NCBI GenBank assembly: GCA_000934665.2
Contig: KZ538695.1
Coordinates: 1 to 53,241, forward strand
Length of the DNA stretch: 53,241 nt
Direction of reading: 5' to 3'
From: Catajapyx aquilonaris
Taxonomy: Eukaryota
Of the stretch, positions 48,476-53,241 are shown in pieces. Position numbers and translations under genes: made by a program. Position 1 is the first letter of the stretch; every line of letters starts with the position of its first letter. The notes beneath the pieces are model-generated. The model saw nothing but the letters and a program-made list of their open reading frames with translations, did not search any database and was not told the origin of the DNA.

Positions 48476-51400
48476 CTGTGAAACCGGAAATTTAATTCGA
48501 ACTTCTTAGAAAAGACCTATACTGTACGTGGAGTAGGCACAATATTTATCATGCGTTAATAGTTCCCTATAGTAACACTGTTTACGCTGGTGAGTTAGGT
48601 ATAATAATTTATTTCGTCGATTTTATTTGTAAAAGAGCACACAATGACGTCGTTGTCACCAAAATCTCACTTGTCAGTGTAACTTTCAGGACCTAATATT
48701 AATATCCGTATATACCGGCTCCCAATGTGTTTGAACCGGTTTGAACTCTTCCAGTTTCCCGCATCGAGCCCTCTATTACTCATCATTGCCGATAAAGGCG
48801 CTGTAAACAGCATCTCACACTTGCGTCTCCCTGCTTGCGTCTCGAAGCCGTGCTCGTAGCTGTAGACTTGCCAGAGCCTTGCTCCTTGCTCGTTGCCCGC
48901 GCGCCACCAACGGTCATTTCCAGAACTACCCGCGAGCAAGGCGCGGGACTGTTTCAACTACGTACGGGATGATTTAGTGTTGCACTATATGAGATTATAA
49001 TGTGTTTTTTTTTATTGTACCGGCGCCTGCCAAACATAACTTGTGCGTCGATGTAACCCTCCGAGACTGGCCCCAATTATTTTGGATAAAGGATTCTCAA
49101 CCAGTACTTCATATGGTAGCTTTAATTGCGGGCACATTACATCTGTTGTGACGTGGCTTGCTATTAAAACGTCATATCCATTAATGGTTCGATTTAAGTG
49201 TATGTACAGTACTGGGAAGCAATTATTTGCCACTAATCAGATTAATTATTATGAAGTACCAACTTTAGAACAATAACTTCAAGGAGCTGTGCAAAATGTT
49301 ACAGAGTGTATGTGGATATTTCTTGAAATATGAATAATTTTTCTTAACATGTTGAGGGAGGAGGTGAGGCCTGGAATGAACAGGGATTCAGCCTGTGATC
49401 TTGGGTAGGTCCATGGGTCATGCAAATAGATGCTGCTAGGATTCAGGGCAATATTTTACTATTACACCAATAAAGAAGATAAAAATCAATTGGCACTTTC
49501 ACTGATGTTGGCTGCTGCAATTACAGTGTATCCATTTGGAAGATCTGCTGTGAATAATATTGCTAGTTTTTCACTGAATTTAAGAGAATAAGGTCAGGGC
49601 ATCTCAGATGCAGTTTGTAGAAATATATTCCAAGAGCATGTAAACATCTGTGTTCCCCATTCCATTGAGATAGGTGTTTAATTATTTCTAGAGTCTTTAA
49701 TAGTTATGGTGAGGTACTGGTATATATTTTTTTAATGCAGACTTCTCTCTTGGATTTAAAAAAAGTTGCTAATCACCAGACACTGAAACTCATAATTTCT
49801 ATACAATGATCATGTGTTATTATGATGCCAGTTTGTAAAATGTAGTAAAATGCATTTGATTGTTATACACTGTTCCTGGCTTGGTGCATGGCCGCCGCTG
49901 AAAGGCGTGTATGTACCGGCTAAAAAGAGGTTCTTCCCCTTCAATAATAAATACACGGTGGTATCCTCTCATATCCGGACCAGGTAGAGGCAGGCGACCG
50001 GCTTTGTCGACATGGAGCAGGTTTTGTTCACAAGAATGGTAATAGCTTGCTCATAATAGAGTAAGTGTTAAGAAATAAGTGGTTACCCTAGACTTGGCGC
50101 ATTTAATTGTGTTACAGTTGGCACCGGATATAACAGCCTCGGCTATAAGAGACACTTGGTTATAGCAGACTGATTTCCGCGGTGCCTTGAAGTAAGTTTA
50201 TTTTATATCAGGAGTCTACTCGCGTTATTATTGTCATTATTATCATTATTAATAATATTAATAAAGTATGGGGCAAATGAATTATAAATATTGACGACAC
50301 TACAGCATCAATGGCACTTGTATTTATTTGATTGAGAGAGTGACATTTTTTCAATACTTTGGTGAAATTGATTGTAACTTTATTAAAGGGAAATTTGCAC
50401 AGAGAGTACACTGCCTGTTTTTTGGCCCTACCTGTAAGAAACACCATGTATGTACAGAGTACCTGCTACGAATCAGTACCAATCAATCATTAAATAATGA
50501 CAACTCACTGCACAGATGAATTAGTCACACATTTTCACAAGTTATGGTCAGAGATGCTGTGCTGCAATCTCCTTTCTGGCCCACATTTAAAGGATGCCAT
50601 GTACGGCAGCTCAATGTGGTTTTCACTGATACAGGGTCATCATGGACTGGGTTTTTCTATCCTAAGAAGTGCATTGATTGTTGTTTTTTTTGCAATGAAC
50701 TGCAGCACTTTTAATGGCAGTTCATGAAAACACTGGTCAGCGGGATAACTGATGGTGTCCCCTATAGACAACCTTTTATAGGCCTAGTCTACTGAATTCA
50801 CTTGTGGTATGAAAATCTGAAACTTTTTCTACAGCCCCTAGGTTGTCGGTGAAGGTGCATTTTATGCATTCATGTGACATTTTGTTATCAATCATGACGC
50901 TCTGTAAACATATCAAACTGTAGTTCATTGTATTTTATTCAACATTATTCATCTCCATTATCATGTAATTATTTTTTAAACCTTCTAAAAAGAGGTGACT
51001 TTGGGTAGGCCCATTGGTCATATGAAATAATAGATGCTGCCAATGCCAGGATGTATGACAGCTCTTCCCATGCAGTGTGTGGAGATTCCGAAAGCAGGCA
51101 GGTATAAGCTCTCCGTTCAATTGAGATTGGCATTCAATAATTTCAAAAATCTTTAATAGTAATTGGAGATATTTGCTTGCTAAAAATAAGTATGCTTAGA
51201 ACCAAAAAGTTGCTAATCATAAGTCACTTATGATGAAACTCATTGTAAAATTAATGATGTGGTCATTTGATGCCAGTTTGTAAATAAGTGTATATTTGAG
51301 AGTTACACATGGGTTTATTTTCCTCTCTCCCCATCCAATATTTAGCTCCATTTAGTAATACCGTACAGTATATGGATTGTACCGTACAGTACAAGGACTA

Positions 51401-51786
51401 AATAAGAGGAGCCCGAAAGTAAAAGCAGCAGTCGTAATAAGAAATTGTACAGGGGAGGAGAAAAACCTGTCATTTGGAAACTGTTCCAAATTGAAAGTAG
51501 CTGATATGGGGAGTCATGAGATGTCATTTTTTCTGCATTTTAAAATGCAAGTTTTGAAAATCATGGATTGGTACTTTAGCCACAAAGGAGGTCGGTTTGG
51601 ATTTAGACTGGTTTTGCTTCGAATCCTCTGGATCTACCTGGTTTTGCTTGAAAAAAAATGTATTTTTTCCACATATATTATTTTTTAACAATAATTTGGA
51701 GACTCCTGAGACAGTCTCATGTATGTTTCATAGATACGAAAAAAAAATAAAACCACATTTAACTTTATGAAAATATTTAACGCATT

Positions 51787-51905
51787 TTGGAGCTGCTTGA
51801 TATGCACGCACACTTGGATCTAGCTGCTTGATATATGTACACAAACTGGGATCTAGCTGCTTTTGCATGAACACACTAATTTCACGGCTTGGATTTAGCT
51901 GTTTT
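51787..51905. repeat. Degenerate tandem repeat of about 30-40 bp
   Basis: 3-4 copies of ttggatctagctgcttgatat..g.ac.cac. Confidence 0.6.
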
Positions 51906-52545
51906 GGCTTAGGACACTCGGATTTGTAGCCATTTAATACCCATTCCTATGTGGCTGTGCTACACCATATTTTGGTACTAGGTCGTATAGAGGACAACAT
52001 GGAGAATCCAATACTACTTCAAACTCATTTTTTCCCACGCTCCGATATAGCTGATTGTGCTTGGGAGCTCCTTATCTTAATACCCACACTTTCTCTTGTT
52101 GCTCAGGCTGAAAAGTGTATGGAAATGTGCCCTAATTAATTTTAAAATGATTTTTAAAAAATCTGGGCACTCTACTTTGAATTTCAGTTTTCCATAATTA
52201 TATTGATGGAATTGTAAGTGCTACCAAGGTGCTACCAGGCATGTAGAGGGATTATATTGAAATCAAGCAATAGAACAAGGGCCCATGTCCAGGGTGAAAC
52301 AGGATAGACATGGGCCTGCTTATATTATAGGCAATTAAATGGTATTCTGCTGGGATTGAAAACTTTTGGTGAATAACATTGCTGTCCCATGATCCAAATG
52401 GTCTATTCCTATCAATCCTAGGCCCAAGGCGAAACCTATTGACGTACAGATGGTACAGTACAAACTATGAACACAGTTTATTCAACCTCAGTACATCTCA
52501 ACATGGATGAATTGTGCTGGATCCATCAGCAACAGGAACCGGGGA

Positions 52546-53067
52546 TCAGCCACCACCCTTGATCCCCAGGCTCTCTGCGATCAGTGCTCTTTCCATGACG
52601 TACTTTCCCTCCTTGTAACGCTGCTCCTCATTTTTGACGAACTCGTAGAACCACCCCAATCTGGCGTCGCATCTCTTGCAGGCAATGTCTCGGACCCAGT
52701 GCCGTCCTGAGATCATCTGACGAGCTTCCATCTTACTGGAAATGAGCTGCCATTATTAGTGTGTTTGAGCCCCAAGATGGCATATATATCCAGTATGATT
52801 ATTGTAGTGTCTAGATAACCTTATTAACAACACCCCACTTGCTACCTCATATACACAGCCCAGCTAAAGCCATTTTTACATTTTTGCAGTGTGTAGTGCA
52901 ACATACCCGAACGTGACGTTGACCACTTTGTTGAAGAGGTAGGCTGGTCCGGTAGCCCCAGTGAAATGAGCGCTGATGATCTGACTCTTGTTGCTCAGGT
53001 TGGCCTTGCAGGAGGCACACGAGTACAGCACATCCCCACCCATGTGTTCCAAGAAAATGACGCCCAT
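52546..53067 (-). CDS. YPEL5: Yippee-like protein (YPEL5/Yippee subfamily), 116 aa
   Basis: Exons 53067-52907 and 52735-52546 (phase 2, GT-AG). MGVIFLEHMGG, two CxxC zinc pairs (CASC, CKRC), FTGATG, GRHWVRD, LGWFYEF, QRYKEG. A 5'UTR acceptor lies at 53086. Confidence 0.92.
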
Positions 53068-53164
53068 ACTTCTGTCTCTCTCTGCCTACAAAATGCTGGA
53101 GCAATCGACAATGTAATCCGGATTAGAACGTCCCATGCAACAGAGATGCTTCCAGAATGTTCGA

Positions 53165-53241
53165 AAAGGAAGTGACGTCACCTATTCGCAAGCGCAGCGG
53201 CCTATAGGGGCGCTGATGCTAATTCCAAGATGGCCGCCACT
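53165..53241 (-). promoter_or_regulatory. Probable 5' non-coding exon / promoter-proximal region of the YPEL gene
   Basis: CpG-rich. YY1-like GCGGCCATCTTG on minus (53226-53237), ETS-CRE composite GGAAGTGACGTCA (53168-53180), and a possible donor TAG|GTGACG at 53182/53181. Confidence 0.45.

Noticed and set aside
52500..52548. Stop-codon readthrough extension of YPEL5
   Set aside because: Only about 15 further codons, no readthrough context (TGA-T rather than TGA-CTA), and the protein already has normal length.

Overview
Eukaryotic (invertebrate, probably arthropod) genomic DNA with short GT-AG introns and many transposon relics; no prokaryotic operons or CRISPR. Seven protein-coding genes could be reconstructed exon by exon. 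They are a degenerate UBC9-like SUMO E2 paralogue (-), an orphan 676-aa secreted protein with heptad repeats (-), a METTL25/METTL25B-family methyltransferase (-), a PITRM1 presequence protease with an intronless CDS (-), MESH1/HDDC3 (+), PSAT1 (-, with one GC-AG intron) and a divergent YPEL5/Yippee (-). Intergenic and intronic space holds a dead APE-RT LINE, mariner and hAT remnants, tRNA-derived SINEs (one V-SINE-like) and more than ten MITEs. The most striking architecture is PITRM1 sitting directly upstream of the METTL25-like gene on the same strand. Both start codons follow splice acceptors and no promoter-like DNA lies between the genes, which suggests a nested or shared-first-exon unit driven from a bidirectional promoter shared with MESH1. 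Homology calls rest on motif recognition from memory; no searches were run.
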